A stretch of 64,000 bases of DNA from an uncultured Gammaproteobacteria bacterium (lineage in GTDB: Bacteria; Patescibacteriota; Microgenomatia; UBA12405). Position 1 is the first letter of the stretch. Each line of letters begins with the position of its first letter. Of this stretch, positions 28,944-38,588 are shown piece by piece. Under the pieces are notes generated by a model that searched no databases, was not told the DNA's origin, and worked only from the letters and a program-made list of their open reading frames with translations. A program made the translations under genes and the position numbers. The stretch is from positions 9,384-73,383 of the forward strand of contig CAYUZS010000003.1 of NCBI GenBank assembly GCA_964448705.1. Direction: 5' to 3'.

Positions 28944-29446
28944 TAATAATTCCTCACTGCTACTTTAGTCGTAAAAGATCTGGAAACATAATTTTCACTG
29001 CCACTGTTCGGCACCCCGGTGCTTAATGTAAAACCAATATTCGCCGAAGTAACCATTCCTGTTGAAGTAACTTCACAGGTCACAAAGTTATTACAGTTGC
29101 TTGCCGACACTCCCACCGTCAAATTGGTAGTTGTCGTTGCCGACACCGAAGCGATTGCTCCGCCTTCAATACATTGCAATGTGTTAACATTCCCATCTAA
29201 CTGGTTCATATAAGTTATCGAATCTCCCGTATTGCAGGTTACATTTAACCCATTGGAAGTTAAAAAGTTATTTCTGATTTCGTTTAAAGCATATTGACCG
29301 TTTTGCTCTATTCTGTCGGCCACATCAACCCTGCTCGATGCCTTAAAAGAATTAAGCAGTACCGACACCACCGTCACCATAATCACCGCCAACACCGCCA
29401 CTACCACCATCATTTCAATTAATGTAAAACCATTTCTTTTTATCAT
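28943..29446 (-). CDS. Type IV pilin-like protein (minor pilin/pseudopilin)
   Basis: Class III signal peptide: MIKRNGFTLIEMMVVVAVLAV (G|FTLIE, Glu at +5). Confidence 0.7.
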   Translation of the reverse strand: MIKRNGFTLIEMMVVVAVLAVIMVTVVSVLLNSFKASSRVDVADRIEQNGQYALNEIRNNFLTSNGLNVTCNTGDSITYMNQLDGNVNTLQCIEGGAIASVSATTTTNLTVGVSASNCNNFVTCEVTSTGMVTSANIGFTLSTGVPNSGSENYVSRSFTTKVAVRNY

Positions 29447-29862
29447 TATCGGCTAAAAAATCTGGTAAATACTAATTGCTGTGCCGTCCTTCCGCTCCAA
29501 GCCACTTCCACTGTTGCGTTTGCACAAATAAAATTTGTTGCCCCGTTCGGGCAGTCATTAATTACTCTGGTGAAATTGATGGTGTAATTATATCCCGGAT
29601 AACCGGTCATAGTTTGTCTAACCCCATTATTTGCCTGCCAAAATGAAGAGTTCATATTCCAAAAATTATCTTTATCAGCAGATTCTTTTTCTACCAATTG
29701 TTCAACAATTTTTTGTCCCAGTTCCGCCGCTTTTCCTCTGTCATAGCTTTGGGTTTTTGATTTCAAAGAACTGACTAACAGCGACAATACCGCCGTCAGT
29801 ACCAGAATTATCACTCCTACCGAAAAAACCACTTCAATCAAACCTTGCCCTTTTTTCACCAT
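29446..29862 (-). CDS. Type IV pilin-like protein (divergent prepilin motif)
   Basis: MVKKGQGLIEVVFSVGVIILVL: G|QGLIE with Glu at +5, hydrophobic helix. Confidence 0.55.
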   Translation of the reverse strand: MVKKGQGLIEVVFSVGVIILVLTAVLSLLVSSLKSKTQSYDRGKAAELGQKIVEQLVEKESADKDNFWNMNSSFWQANNGVRQTMTGYPGYNYTINFTRVINDCPNGATNFICANATVEVAWSGRTAQQLVFTRFFSR

Positions 29863-30341
29863 ATTTTTCCTCCGGCATCAATTTGAACTGCCATTGTTTC
29901 CGCCAGACCTTCCACGGAACTGATTCCAATCGTCATCACATAGTTTGAATTGGCCGGTGTCACAGTATTTTGTAAAATTTTTCCTTCCGGAATCGAAAAT
30001 AATAAACTGCCGGGTGTTATATAAACATTTTTATTGTCTGTCTTAATCGAAAAATAACTTGTTCCCACCCCGGCGGCCAAATTAGCCGCTCTCGCTTCCA
30101 CCACTCCTTCATTTGATATCGTCACACTTACGTAATCCAGCTGGTTAGTAAATCCTGGTGGTGATTGGGAAGTAACAGCGTAATTTCTGGCCAGTTTTAG
30201 TGCCGTCAAAACACTCGATTTAGCGGAATTTACCCGTTGTCTGTATAATGATCCGGAAACAGTCACCACTCCGATTCCCACAATAGTTACCGACACTACT
30301 ATCACCACCATCAGTTCAATCAATGTAAAACCTTTCCTCAT
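29856..30341 (-). CDS. Type IV pilin-like protein
   Basis: MRKGFTLIELMVVIVVSVTIV. Confidence 0.7.
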   Translation of the reverse strand: MRKGFTLIELMVVIVVSVTIVGIGVVTVSGSLYRQRVNSAKSSVLTALKLARNYAVTSQSPPGFTNQLDYVSVTISNEGVVEARAANLAAGVGTSYFSIKTDNKNVYITPGSLLFSIPEGKILQNTVTPANSNYVMTIGISSVEGLAETMAVQIDAGGKIW

Positions 30342-30400
30342 AAATTAATTCTAATCTATTTTGGAATAATTTGTTTTATTTCCTTAAAGAGGGGAGTTGT

Positions 30401-30790
30401 TTATGGATTTGTTACCCGGTAATTACAGACTCCGCCGCATTGGCTGGGACCGTTCACCAGGTTGGCTGATCCGGCATCTTCCAGCTGGGAATACAATTCA
30501 TAAACATAATTAGTCGACTTATGATAATAGTAGTTGTATCCCGTTTTTGGATCACTCAATATTGAAGGAATTAAATTCATGTTCACTAAAGTATTTAAAT
30601 CTGCCGGATAAGTTGAACCGATTTGTCTGGCCATTTCCAGCGAAACCCGATATTTTTCCAGGTCGGCCATTCTTTTACTGTCCCGCGATTTCTTGGTTAC
30701 TCCGGCATAACTAACTGCCCCTACTGCCGTTACCAAAGCAATAATCGTCACCACCACAATTAATTCAATCAGTGTAAAACCTTTTTTCAT
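30401..30790 (-). CDS. Type IV pilin-like protein
   Basis: Prepilin motif MKKGFTLIELIVVVTIIALV at the internal Met; ORF-track start 30835 is probably an over-extension; ATGA overlap with the upstream gene. Confidence 0.7.
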   Translation of the reverse strand: MKKGFTLIELIVVVTIIALVTAVGAVSYAGVTKKSRDSKRMADLEKYRVSLEMARQIGSTYPADLNTLVNMNLIPSILSDPKTGYNYYYHKSTNYVYELYSQLEDAGSANLVNGPSQCGGVCNYRVTNP

Positions 30791-31209
30791 TGTTGATTGC
30801 TGACACAATAATAATTTCCGGTATTGTTTACCCAACTGGTACAGTTGTTGCTGCTTGAATTACCGGTCGCATTTTCCAAAGTTGCACAAACACAATAAGT
30901 GTTTGCCGCACAAGATGCTGAATTATAAAGATATGGTGATACATTTTTTGGATCCGAAGGGAAAACAAACACCATTGTTCCGTTAGTATCAACCCATTGT
31001 GTCCCGGAACTGCATCCGGCTCTGTAAGTCGAATTATTCATCAGATACCATTGTTCCTGAGCTTTTCGAATCGACTCCATGTCTTGAATTCTCCTCGAAT
31101 CTCTGGCCTTTTTCTGAACTGATCCGTAAGACACTGTCACCAATGCGGTCAGAATAGCAATAATGGATATCGTCACCAACAGTTCAAACAATGTATAACC
31201 TTTTTTCAT
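30787..31209 (-). CDS. Type IV pilin-like protein (GspG-like pseudopilin)
   Basis: MKKGYTLFELLVTISIIAILTALV...KKARDSRR. Confidence 0.7.
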   Translation of the reverse strand: MKKGYTLFELLVTISIIAILTALVTVSYGSVQKKARDSRRIQDMESIRKAQEQWYLMNNSTYRAGCSSGTQWVDTNGTMVFVFPSDPKNVSPYLYNSASCAANTYCVCATLENATGNSSSNNCTSWVNNTGNYYCVSNQQ

Positions 31210-31258
31210 AAATTTATTTTTTAATTTTATAATTTTTCTGTTTTAAATTTTAAACAAC

Positions 31259-31657
31259 TTATCTGGCGCAGACATAATAAACTTTATCAACCGGGGAGGC
31301 GATTCCACATCTTGTTTGCGAGTTTATATCATCATCTCCCTGTCCGGAATCCAAATGCGCCCACAGTAAAAATCCATCCCCGTTATCTGTCCGGGTGTAT
31401 GTATAACCCACACCGGTAGCTGTCATATAAGTCGACAATAGACTCTCGACATTCGTAATTGCACTTCCGGTCGGATAACTCTGATGATCGTTATAGTACA
31501 TTCTCAAAGCATTCTTAATTGCGGTCATATCTTCTATTTTTTGCGTATCCTTAGCCCTTTCTCTAGCTCCGATAAAGTTTGGCAGTAATATCGCCGTTAA
31601 GGTGGCAATAATGGATATCGTCACCAGCAGTTCGACTAAAGTAAATCCTTTTTTCAT
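31259..31657 (-). CDS. Type IV pilin-like protein
   Basis: MKKGFTLVELLVTISIIATLTAILLP. Confidence 0.7.
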   Translation of the reverse strand: MKKGFTLVELLVTISIIATLTAILLPNFIGARERAKDTQKIEDMTAIKNALRMYYNDHQSYPTGSAITNVESLLSTYMTATGVGYTYTRTDNGDGFLLWAHLDSGQGDDDINSQTRCGIASPVDKVYYVCAR

Positions 31658-32172
31658 GGAATCAAAGAATCCAAATCGTTAACCGAAACATTTGGGCTGA
31701 CAAAAGCAAAACAGTATCTCCGACCACCGCAATGGGAATAGGCCCCTGCCCCATTATTCATAACGCATTCAGTGTCCGCCGTGTTTTCCAGCATCGCAAA
31801 CAAACCATATCTGTTTCCTCCGTCAGAAACGTAGCAAAAAGGGAAATTGTCATCTAATATTTCTTCCCGTGGAGTTTTTTTCATATATATATAAGGAGTC
31901 GAAGCATTATCGGAAAACTCTCCGCCCCAGGTAACTGTTTTTTCCACTCCGTTATCAACCACTCTTATCATTCCATGTTCTGATTCCGGAAAACTCCCGT
32001 AATCGGCATAATACATCTGCAGTGATTTGGCTAGTGCATTTAAATCTCCCTTTCTGGCCACATCATTAGCTTTTCTCTTGGCTGTTTGAAATTGGGAAAC
32101 TGTGATTACTGTCAAAATAGACATAATTGTAATCACTACTAATAATTCCACTAATGTAAAACCTTTTTTCAT
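31654..32172 (-). CDS. Type IV pilin-like protein
   Basis: MKKGFTLVELLVVITIMSILTVITVS. Confidence 0.7.
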   Translation of the reverse strand: MKKGFTLVELLVVITIMSILTVITVSQFQTAKRKANDVARKGDLNALAKSLQMYYADYGSFPESEHGMIRVVDNGVEKTVTWGGEFSDNASTPYIYMKKTPREEILDDNFPFCYVSDGGNRYGLFAMLENTADTECVMNNGAGAYSHCGGRRYCFAFVSPNVSVNDLDSLIP

Positions 32173-32201
32173 TCCTTATTTATCATATAACAATTCATAG
32201 C

Positions 32202-32888
32202 TTATAGGCAAAGACCACCTTTATAACAGCAGGGGACCAGACAACCGTCAGTCCCTTTGGTATAGGCATTCAAATGTTGAACATCATTGCTGTCAAAAGA
32301 GGAAAAAGATCCGTCCGAATTTTTATAATAGCAGCGTAATGTGTCCGGCACGCAATCCGGATTTAACGATGTTTGCCACCAATTAATATTGCTGCTCGAA
32401 ACTCCGTAATTTACCTGTGTTTTATCTATTGATCCGTCTCCGACTACCAAAGATGGATATTCTCCGACATACCAACCATCAGGAATATCTTTGTCTTTTT
32501 CGTCTTCAAGTTTGGCATATATTTTGTACCAATCCGGACAATTCATCTCATTATCTACCATTCCGTCTCTTCCCACAAAAATCAAATATGGGTTTCTGCT
32601 GACCGGATCACACGGCCAGGAATTAATTCCCCATTTATCAAACACTTCTGTTCCACAGCTGTTGCCCGATGACAATTCGGCTAACAGCTCCATACTTGGG
32701 TAACAACCGGTATCGTTGAAGTATTCTTCAAAAGCCACCTTAATTCTCGACATATCTTTTTTTCTCCTTGAATCGTTTGCTCTCCCTACCAGCATTTTAG
32801 GATTAATTATTCCCACCATCAGTGTTGCTAAAATTGCCAAAATTGCCATCACCACAATAATCTCGACTAACGTAAAACCTCGTCTCAT
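32202..32888 (-). CDS. Type IV pilin-like protein
   Basis: MRRGFTLVEIIVVMAILAILATLMVG...RANDSRR. Confidence 0.7.
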   Translation of the reverse strand: MRRGFTLVEIIVVMAILAILATLMVGIINPKMLVGRANDSRRKKDMSRIKVAFEEYFNDTGCYPSMELLAELSSGNSCGTEVFDKWGINSWPCDPVSRNPYLIFVGRDGMVDNEMNCPDWYKIYAKLEDEKDKDIPDGWYVGEYPSLVVGDGSIDKTQVNYGVSSSNINWWQTSLNPDCVPDTLRCYYKNSDGSFSSFDSNDVQHLNAYTKGTDGCLVPCCYKGGLCL

Positions 32889-32909
32889 ACTTTCATTTTA
32901 TGCTTTTTT

Positions 32910-33668
32910 TCAGAAATAAGAAATTATTAATTTTATTACCGTTTCTCCCCACCACCACGAAACTAAGGTTCCTAATATCAAAAAAGGACCAAAAGGAATT
33001 GCTTCGCTGCTTTTTTTCTTTTTTAAAATAATCGCCAATAGACCGATCAATGCTCCCACGATAAAAGCAATATAAAAGGCTAAAATTGTTTTCTGCCAAC
33101 CTAACCATAAGCCCATAAATCCGGCTAAAAGTATGTCTCCGTCGCCCATAGCCTGTTTTCCTTTTATTCTGATTTTAGTCAATACCCAGATAAATATTAA
33201 GCTCCCAATTCCGGAAATTATTTTATCCGCGCTGTTACCGTTTCCAAACAAATTTATCGTTGCCAAAAAAATTAATATGTACGAAGAAAAATCAGGCAAA
33301 ATTGTATATTCAGAATCAAACACGGCGCTAAACACCAAAAAGATTATCGCGGCCATTCCCAGCCAGTTGGTTCCGTTAATCAAAAACAAAACTCCTGTCA
33401 TCAATTCCACCACCAGATAAAGAACCGGTAATGGTTTACGACAGCATCGGCTTTTTCCTTTCTGGATTAACCACGATACTACCGGCACATTTTCATACCA
33501 AGACAACTGTTTTCCGCAAAAATCGCACTCCGATCTATTTTTGTTTAATTTCCCAAATTTAATTTTCCTTAGTTTATATTTCACCGCTACCCGGTACACC
33601 AGCATATTCACAAAACTTCCACAGCACAATCCCATAATAAATATAATTACTTTTATAAATATCTCCAT
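32910..33668 (-). CDS. pilD: Prepilin peptidase (A24 family)
   Basis: N-terminal CxxC...CxxC zinc motif (CDFCGKQLSWYEN), conserved DGD (MGDGDILLAGF), polytopic; 252 aa. Confidence 0.85.
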   Translation of the reverse strand: MEIFIKVIIFIMGLCCGSFVNMLVYRVAVKYKLRKIKFGKLNKNRSECDFCGKQLSWYENVPVVSWLIQKGKSRCCRKPLPVLYLVVELMTGVLFLINGTNWLGMAAIIFLVFSAVFDSEYTILPDFSSYILIFLATINLFGNGNSADKIISGIGSLIFIWVLTKIRIKGKQAMGDGDILLAGFMGLWLGWQKTILAFYIAFIVGALIGLLAIILKKKKSSEAIPFGPFLILGTLVSWWWGETVIKLIISYF

Positions 33669-33698
33669 AATCTATTGTACTTTTTTTTCATCCATCAT

Positions 33699-33724
33699 AA
33701 AACCCGCCTAAAAAGGCGGGTTTT
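33699..33724 (-). terminator. Intrinsic terminator/attenuator between the major pilin gene and pilD
   Basis: Minus strand AAAACCCGCC-TTTTTA-GGCGGGTTTT then UAUGAUGG; 22 nt after the pilin stop, 30 nt before the pilD start. Confidence 0.6.
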
Positions 33725-33745
33725 AAATTAAGTTCTGATTTAAGC

Positions 33746-34465
33746 TTATTCCGGTACACACCTAAACATTGCCTGCTCGCCATCCAGCGCCGGAGCAGAC
33801 CAGTCTGCTACTTCAACGGTACCGCAGTTGCCGGTTCCCGGTCTAATCACTTCTCCGGTTGTTTCATTAAGACAGCGCATCTTTAAGGAAAAATCTGCTC
33901 CGGCAGTTATCCGGTTGGCCCCGGCTTTCGGCACATAACAAACATAAATGGAATTGTCGTTGGCTGCCTTGGCTACCCATAAACCTTGTTCCGGATGAGT
34001 ACCGTCCTGTACAGGTAAAAACTCATCCTTGCCGGCAAAAGAACCCTTCAGTTCCGAAGCGCTGATCAACAAATTTGGATACTCATCATCTCCCGCACAG
34101 GTAATAGCAGTAGCATTAGCATCGGCGCTAAGTAATGCCGTTGCATTGTCTGCACCGGAACAGATTCCGAAACCATAAGTTTCAGAGCCTAGTAAGATTG
34201 CGTCGGATAAAGTATAAGGAGTAGCAGGTGCACTTCCGGTTTCAAATTCCATCCATGGATATTTATTATTACTGGCATAATATCTTTCATAAGCATTTAA
34301 CACCTCGGCCGCATCGTTCTGCACTCTCGAATCACGCGCTTTGTTAGATTGCTCGATAGGATTGATCGTTGCCAGCACTGCTACCGACAATATGGCAATT
34401 AACGCGATAACTATCAACAGTTCCACAAGTGTGAAACCGCTTTTTATTTTCATTAGCCTTTTCAT
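33746..34465 (-). CDS. pilA: Type IV major pilin (PilA-like), 239 aa
   Basis: MKRLMKIKSGFTLVELLIVIALIAILSVAV prepilin leader; Ala/Gly-rich and GC-rich relative to neighbours; Cys pairs in the C-terminal half; followed by its own terminator. Confidence 0.7.
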   Translation of the reverse strand: MKRLMKIKSGFTLVELLIVIALIAILSVAVLATINPIEQSNKARDSRVQNDAAEVLNAYERYYASNNKYPWMEFETGSAPATPYTLSDAILLGSETYGFGICSGADNATALLSADANATAITCAGDDEYPNLLISASELKGSFAGKDEFLPVQDGTHPEQGLWVAKAANDNSIYVCYVPKAGANRITAGADFSLKMRCLNETTGEVIRPGTGNCGTVEVADWSAPALDGEQAMFRCVPE

Positions 34466-34508
34466 TTTTTTAAAAAAAATATAATATTTCTAACTTCATT
34501 ATTTACTT

Positions 34509-35720
34509 CTAAAATTGGCTTGTCAAGTCATAAATCGGCATAATCACCGCCACTACCAAAAAACCAACCCCAATCCCTAACACAATCATAATCAACGGCT
34601 CGATTGCTGAAGTCAACGCCTTCACCGATTCTTCAGCTTCAGACGAGAAATAGTCAGAGACTCTTAACAGCACTTCATCCAATTTTCCGGTAGCCTCTCC
34701 GGTTGACACCATTTGTTCCACAATTATAGGAAAAATTCCTGTTTCTTCAAAGGAACTCGAAATGGAGAAACCTTTTTGAACTCTTTCGGCAATTTTTAGA
34801 TAAGATCGGTTATATAGTTCATTATCTGCCACCTTTGCCACAATTCTTAATGCTTCAACCAAACTAATGCCGGCTCCCAACAACAGCGACAAAGTTCTGA
34901 TGGTGTTGGCCAACATCGTCTTTTTGTTCAACTCTCCCAGAATCGGAATCTTTAACTTAAAAGAATCTATTTTTAATTTGATATCCGGACTTTGATTGCC
35001 TGCTCTTAGACCTGAATATATGCCAAATATCAGCACCGGGAACAAAAACCACCATTTAGCTAAAAATCCGGACACGGCCATCAATCCCAAAGTAATCGCC
35101 GGCATTTTGGAACCAAAATCACCATAAAGTCCCAACAGTTTCGGAATCACAAAAATCATCATAATCGCCGCCACAATTACCATACCAACCATCACGATAA
35201 TCGGATAAATCATTGCTCCTTTAACCTTGCTGTTAAATTCGTTTTGGCTTTCCATATTGTTCGCCAGTTTTTGCAGCACTTCTTCCAATACTCCGGCTTG
35301 CTCGCCGGCGGTGATAGAGGCCACATACGCCTCACCAAAAACATTTCTGTATTTTTCCAATGATTTTCCTAGAGGTTGTCCTCCCCGAACCTGATTTAAA
35401 CAATATTCCAAAATTTCCGCCATCGAGACGTTTGATTCTGATTGATCCTTAAGTAAGGATAAAGCGTCGGTTAGCGGCAAGCCAGCTGTCATCATTGTAG
35501 ACAATTGTCTTGTCATTGCCGCCACTTCTTTCAGCCCCACCCTGGAAAATATTTTTTTATACAGTTCATTAAAAGTACTGTTTTTTTCCTCAGCTACATA
35601 AAGGGGGATTAAGCCATTACTTTTCACCGATTCCACCACCTGTGCTTTGTCCGCCATATCCAAAACTCCTTTTATTGTCTTTCCGTTCCAGTCTTTAGCC
35701 TTAAAAATAAATTTGCTCAT
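34509..35720 (-). CDS. pilC: Type IV pilus platform protein PilC (GspF family)
   Basis: Two GspF-type repeats, three transmembrane regions; 403 aa. Confidence 0.85.
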   Translation of the reverse strand: MSKFIFKAKDWNGKTIKGVLDMADKAQVVESVKSNGLIPLYVAEEKNSTFNELYKKIFSRVGLKEVAAMTRQLSTMMTAGLPLTDALSLLKDQSESNVSMAEILEYCLNQVRGGQPLGKSLEKYRNVFGEAYVASITAGEQAGVLEEVLQKLANNMESQNEFNSKVKGAMIYPIIVMVGMVIVAAIMMIFVIPKLLGLYGDFGSKMPAITLGLMAVSGFLAKWWFLFPVLIFGIYSGLRAGNQSPDIKLKIDSFKLKIPILGELNKKTMLANTIRTLSLLLGAGISLVEALRIVAKVADNELYNRSYLKIAERVQKGFSISSSFEETGIFPIIVEQMVSTGEATGKLDEVLLRVSDYFSSEAEESVKALTSAIEPLIMIVLGIGVGFLVVAVIMPIYDLTSQF

Positions 35721-36790
35721 CCGATTTTATTATTTCTTAGATTACTTTGTAATTCTTCAGGTCTTAACGAATAGCTCATGGCCACCTCTTCATCCACTAA
35801 ACCCTGTCTCACCAGTCTGGCCAGAGAAGTTTCCAACCCCACCATCCCTACATCGGCACTGGTTTGGATAATATTATCGAGCATGTAAGCTTTTCCCTCT
35901 CTTATGGCATTTTTTACCGCCGGAGTGGCTGTCATAATTTCAAACACCGGCACTCTGCCTCCGTCCCTCGCCGGTAATAATCTTTGGGAAACAATCGCCG
36001 AAATTACGCTTGCCAATTGGACTCTGGTTTGATCTTTTGAACCTTCAGGAAAAACATCCACAATTCTGTCAACCGTCTGAGCCGCTGAGTTGGTATGCAA
36101 TGTCGAAAACACTAAATGTCCGGTTTCCGCAATTGTCAACGCAGACGATATTGTTTCCAAATCTCTCATTTCTCCTACAAAAACTACATTCGGATCTTCT
36201 CTGAGCACCGACCTTAATGCCCGGTCGAAACTTATAGTGTCAAAACCCAGTTCTCTTTGGGAAATTATCGATTTTACCGGATCGATAATATATTCCACCG
36301 GATCTTCGATCGTCACAATATGTGTACTTTTTGTTTGATTGATTTCATTTAACACCGAAGCAACTGTCGTTGATTTTCCATGTCCTGTCGGACCGGTTAC
36401 CAAAATAAAACCTTGTTTTAAATTAACAAAATCAGAAAAAATTGCCGGTATGTTTAGTTCACTAAATCCGGGAATTTTTGACGGCACCACCCTCAAAGAA
36501 CAAGCCACCTCGTTTTTCTGAAAAAACATATTTACTCTGAATCTGGCCTCATCAGAGGTCAAAGAAAAGTCTATTTCTCTTTCTGATTCCAATTTAACTT
36601 TTTGGGCATCGCTTAAAATCGACAGTATCATTTCTATCATCACCGTCGGCTCAACTTTTTCAAAATTTCCAACTTCAGACAGTTGCCCGTTTACTCTGAT
36701 TCTTGGCAAAATAGAGGCAGAGAGGTGAATATCGGAGGCTTTATTCGCCACCGCCAACGCCAGTATTTCTTTTATCTTTGTGTGCATCAT
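35717..36790 (-). CDS. pilT: Twitching-motility/retraction ATPase PilT
   Basis: Walker A GPTGHGKSTT, Asp box, His box; 357 aa, no N-terminal GspE_N domain. Confidence 0.85.
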   Translation of the reverse strand: MMHTKIKEILALAVANKASDIHLSASILPRIRVNGQLSEVGNFEKVEPTVMIEMILSILSDAQKVKLESEREIDFSLTSDEARFRVNMFFQKNEVACSLRVVPSKIPGFSELNIPAIFSDFVNLKQGFILVTGPTGHGKSTTVASVLNEINQTKSTHIVTIEDPVEYIIDPVKSIISQRELGFDTISFDRALRSVLREDPNVVFVGEMRDLETISSALTIAETGHLVFSTLHTNSAAQTVDRIVDVFPEGSKDQTRVQLASVISAIVSQRLLPARDGGRVPVFEIMTATPAVKNAIREGKAYMLDNIIQTSADVGMVGLETSLARLVRQGLVDEEVAMSYSLRPEELQSNLRNNKIG

Positions 36791-36818
36791 ATTTGTTTGT
36801 AATTTATAGTTATCTAAA

Positions 36819-38561
36819 TTAATATTGCGCCACTCTCAATACTTCTTCAATAGTCGTGATTCCTTCCAGTACTTTCACATAACCGTCCTGCTTCATTGTC
36901 AACATCCCTTCTTCCATTGCCTGTTTCTGTATCTCCGATGCCGAAGCTTTTTCCACTACCAGTTTGGAAATTTTTTCACTCATCGTCATCACTTCGTAAA
37001 TAGCAATTCTTCCTAAATATCCAGTATTATTACACTTTTCACAGCCTACAGCTTTCGGCATCTTTATTGTTTTATTTTCTTTCTTCCATTTATCTTCGAT
37101 CATTCCATAAATCGGCCCCAATGTAGTTTTCATTTCCTCCACTGTTTCCGGAGGCACGTCAACTTCGGTTACACAATCTTTACAAACTCTTCTCAATACC
37201 CGTTGTCCGACCACACAGGTCAATGAAGATACTAACAAAAATGGTTCCACCCCCATATCCAACATTCTTGGCGGTACTCCGGAAGCATCGTTGGTATGCA
37301 GAGTTGAAAACACCAAATGTCCGGTTAATGAAGCATTAATAGCCAAGTCTGCCGTTTCCGAGTCGCGGACCTCTCCCACCATTATAATGTTCGGATCCTG
37401 ACGTAAAAAAGATCTTAAAGCCGAAGCAAAAGTTAAACCGGCCTGAACGTTAACCTGAACTTGATTTACTCCTTTCATTTCATATTCCACCGGGTCTTCA
37501 ATCGTCACCACATTTACCTTTGAAGTGGCGACTTTATCCAATACGGAGTACAGAGTAGTTGTTTTTCCGGAACCGGTTGGACCGCAGACAATAATAATTC
37601 CATGAGGTCTTTCTATTGCTTCCATCAAATTTCTTAAAGCTAAGCCTCGTAAACCTAGATCAGGTAAAGTCGGTACCTTTTGTGATTTCTTCAGCAACCG
37701 CATCACCACCTTTTCTCCATAAGTTGTCGGCAACGTTGAAATACGTAAATCTACATCATTGCCGTCCGCGGAAAACATAAACCTTCCGTCCTGAGGAACT
37801 CTCTTTTCATCGATTTTCAGATTGGACAAAATTTTAATTCTGCTCACCACCGCATCATGAACGTTACGGGGTAACATATATTTTTCCTGTAAGATACCGT
37901 CTATTCTGTATCTTATCCGCACACTGTCCTCCTGGGGTTCAATATGGACATCAGAGGCCCTGGATTTAACTGCAAATTCCAATATTGTGTTTACAATCTT
38001 AGCTACCGGCGCTTCTGCAGAAACTTTTGAAGCATTATCGTTTATAACCTGCGACTCATCCTGTTTTCTTTCATCCAAAGCCTTGCTGACTTCCGAAGTA
38101 ATCCCTTTTTCCCGGACATATTTTTCGGAAACAAACTCAACGATCTGTTTTTCGGTGGCAATTGCCGCCTTAACTTTCATACCGGTTTTCTTTTCTAGAA
38201 ACTCGATTGTTTCAATATCCAACGGATTCACCATGGCCACCGACAAAATCTTGTCTTTTGTGTCCATCGAGTAGGGGACTATCTTGTATTTTTGCGCCAC
38301 ACTCTCCGGAACCAAAGCCAATGCCTCCGGCGAAAAACCAATTTCCCTTAAATCAATATAATCAATTCTCAATAAATCAGCCTTAGCTTTGGTAAAATCC
38401 TCATCTAACAATATCCTTAAACTTTTGATTATTTCCTCTTCCGATTCACCGGTTTTTAATTGTCTTAAATTTATTTCATCCGCCTTTTCCTGATCGATTA
38501 GACCTTTGTCCAGCAATACTTCCGACAGATTTTTATATATTTTTGGGGCAGCACCATTCAT
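36819..38561 (-). CDS. pilB: Type IV pilus extension ATPase PilB (GspE family)
   Basis: N-terminal GspII_E_N domain, Walker A GPTGSGKTTT, tetra-Cys zinc motif (CKDC...CEKCNNTG); 580 aa. Confidence 0.9.
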   Translation of the reverse strand: MNGAAPKIYKNLSEVLLDKGLIDQEKADEINLRQLKTGESEEEIIKSLRILLDEDFTKAKADLLRIDYIDLREIGFSPEALALVPESVAQKYKIVPYSMDTKDKILSVAMVNPLDIETIEFLEKKTGMKVKAAIATEKQIVEFVSEKYVREKGITSEVSKALDERKQDESQVINDNASKVSAEAPVAKIVNTILEFAVKSRASDVHIEPQEDSVRIRYRIDGILQEKYMLPRNVHDAVVSRIKILSNLKIDEKRVPQDGRFMFSADGNDVDLRISTLPTTYGEKVVMRLLKKSQKVPTLPDLGLRGLALRNLMEAIERPHGIIIVCGPTGSGKTTTLYSVLDKVATSKVNVVTIEDPVEYEMKGVNQVQVNVQAGLTFASALRSFLRQDPNIIMVGEVRDSETADLAINASLTGHLVFSTLHTNDASGVPPRMLDMGVEPFLLVSSLTCVVGQRVLRRVCKDCVTEVDVPPETVEEMKTTLGPIYGMIEDKWKKENKTIKMPKAVGCEKCNNTGYLGRIAIYEVMTMSEKISKLVVEKASASEIQKQAMEEGMLTMKQDGYVKVLEGITTIEEVLRVAQY

Positions 38562-38588
38562 ATTTGTTTACTATAATAAATATACATT

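Noticed and set aside
38562-38588. Palindromic operator in the pilB/holB gap
   Set aside because: The reverse complement of the AT-rich 19-mer does not match itself. The sequence is only A/T-rich, not a true inverted repeat.
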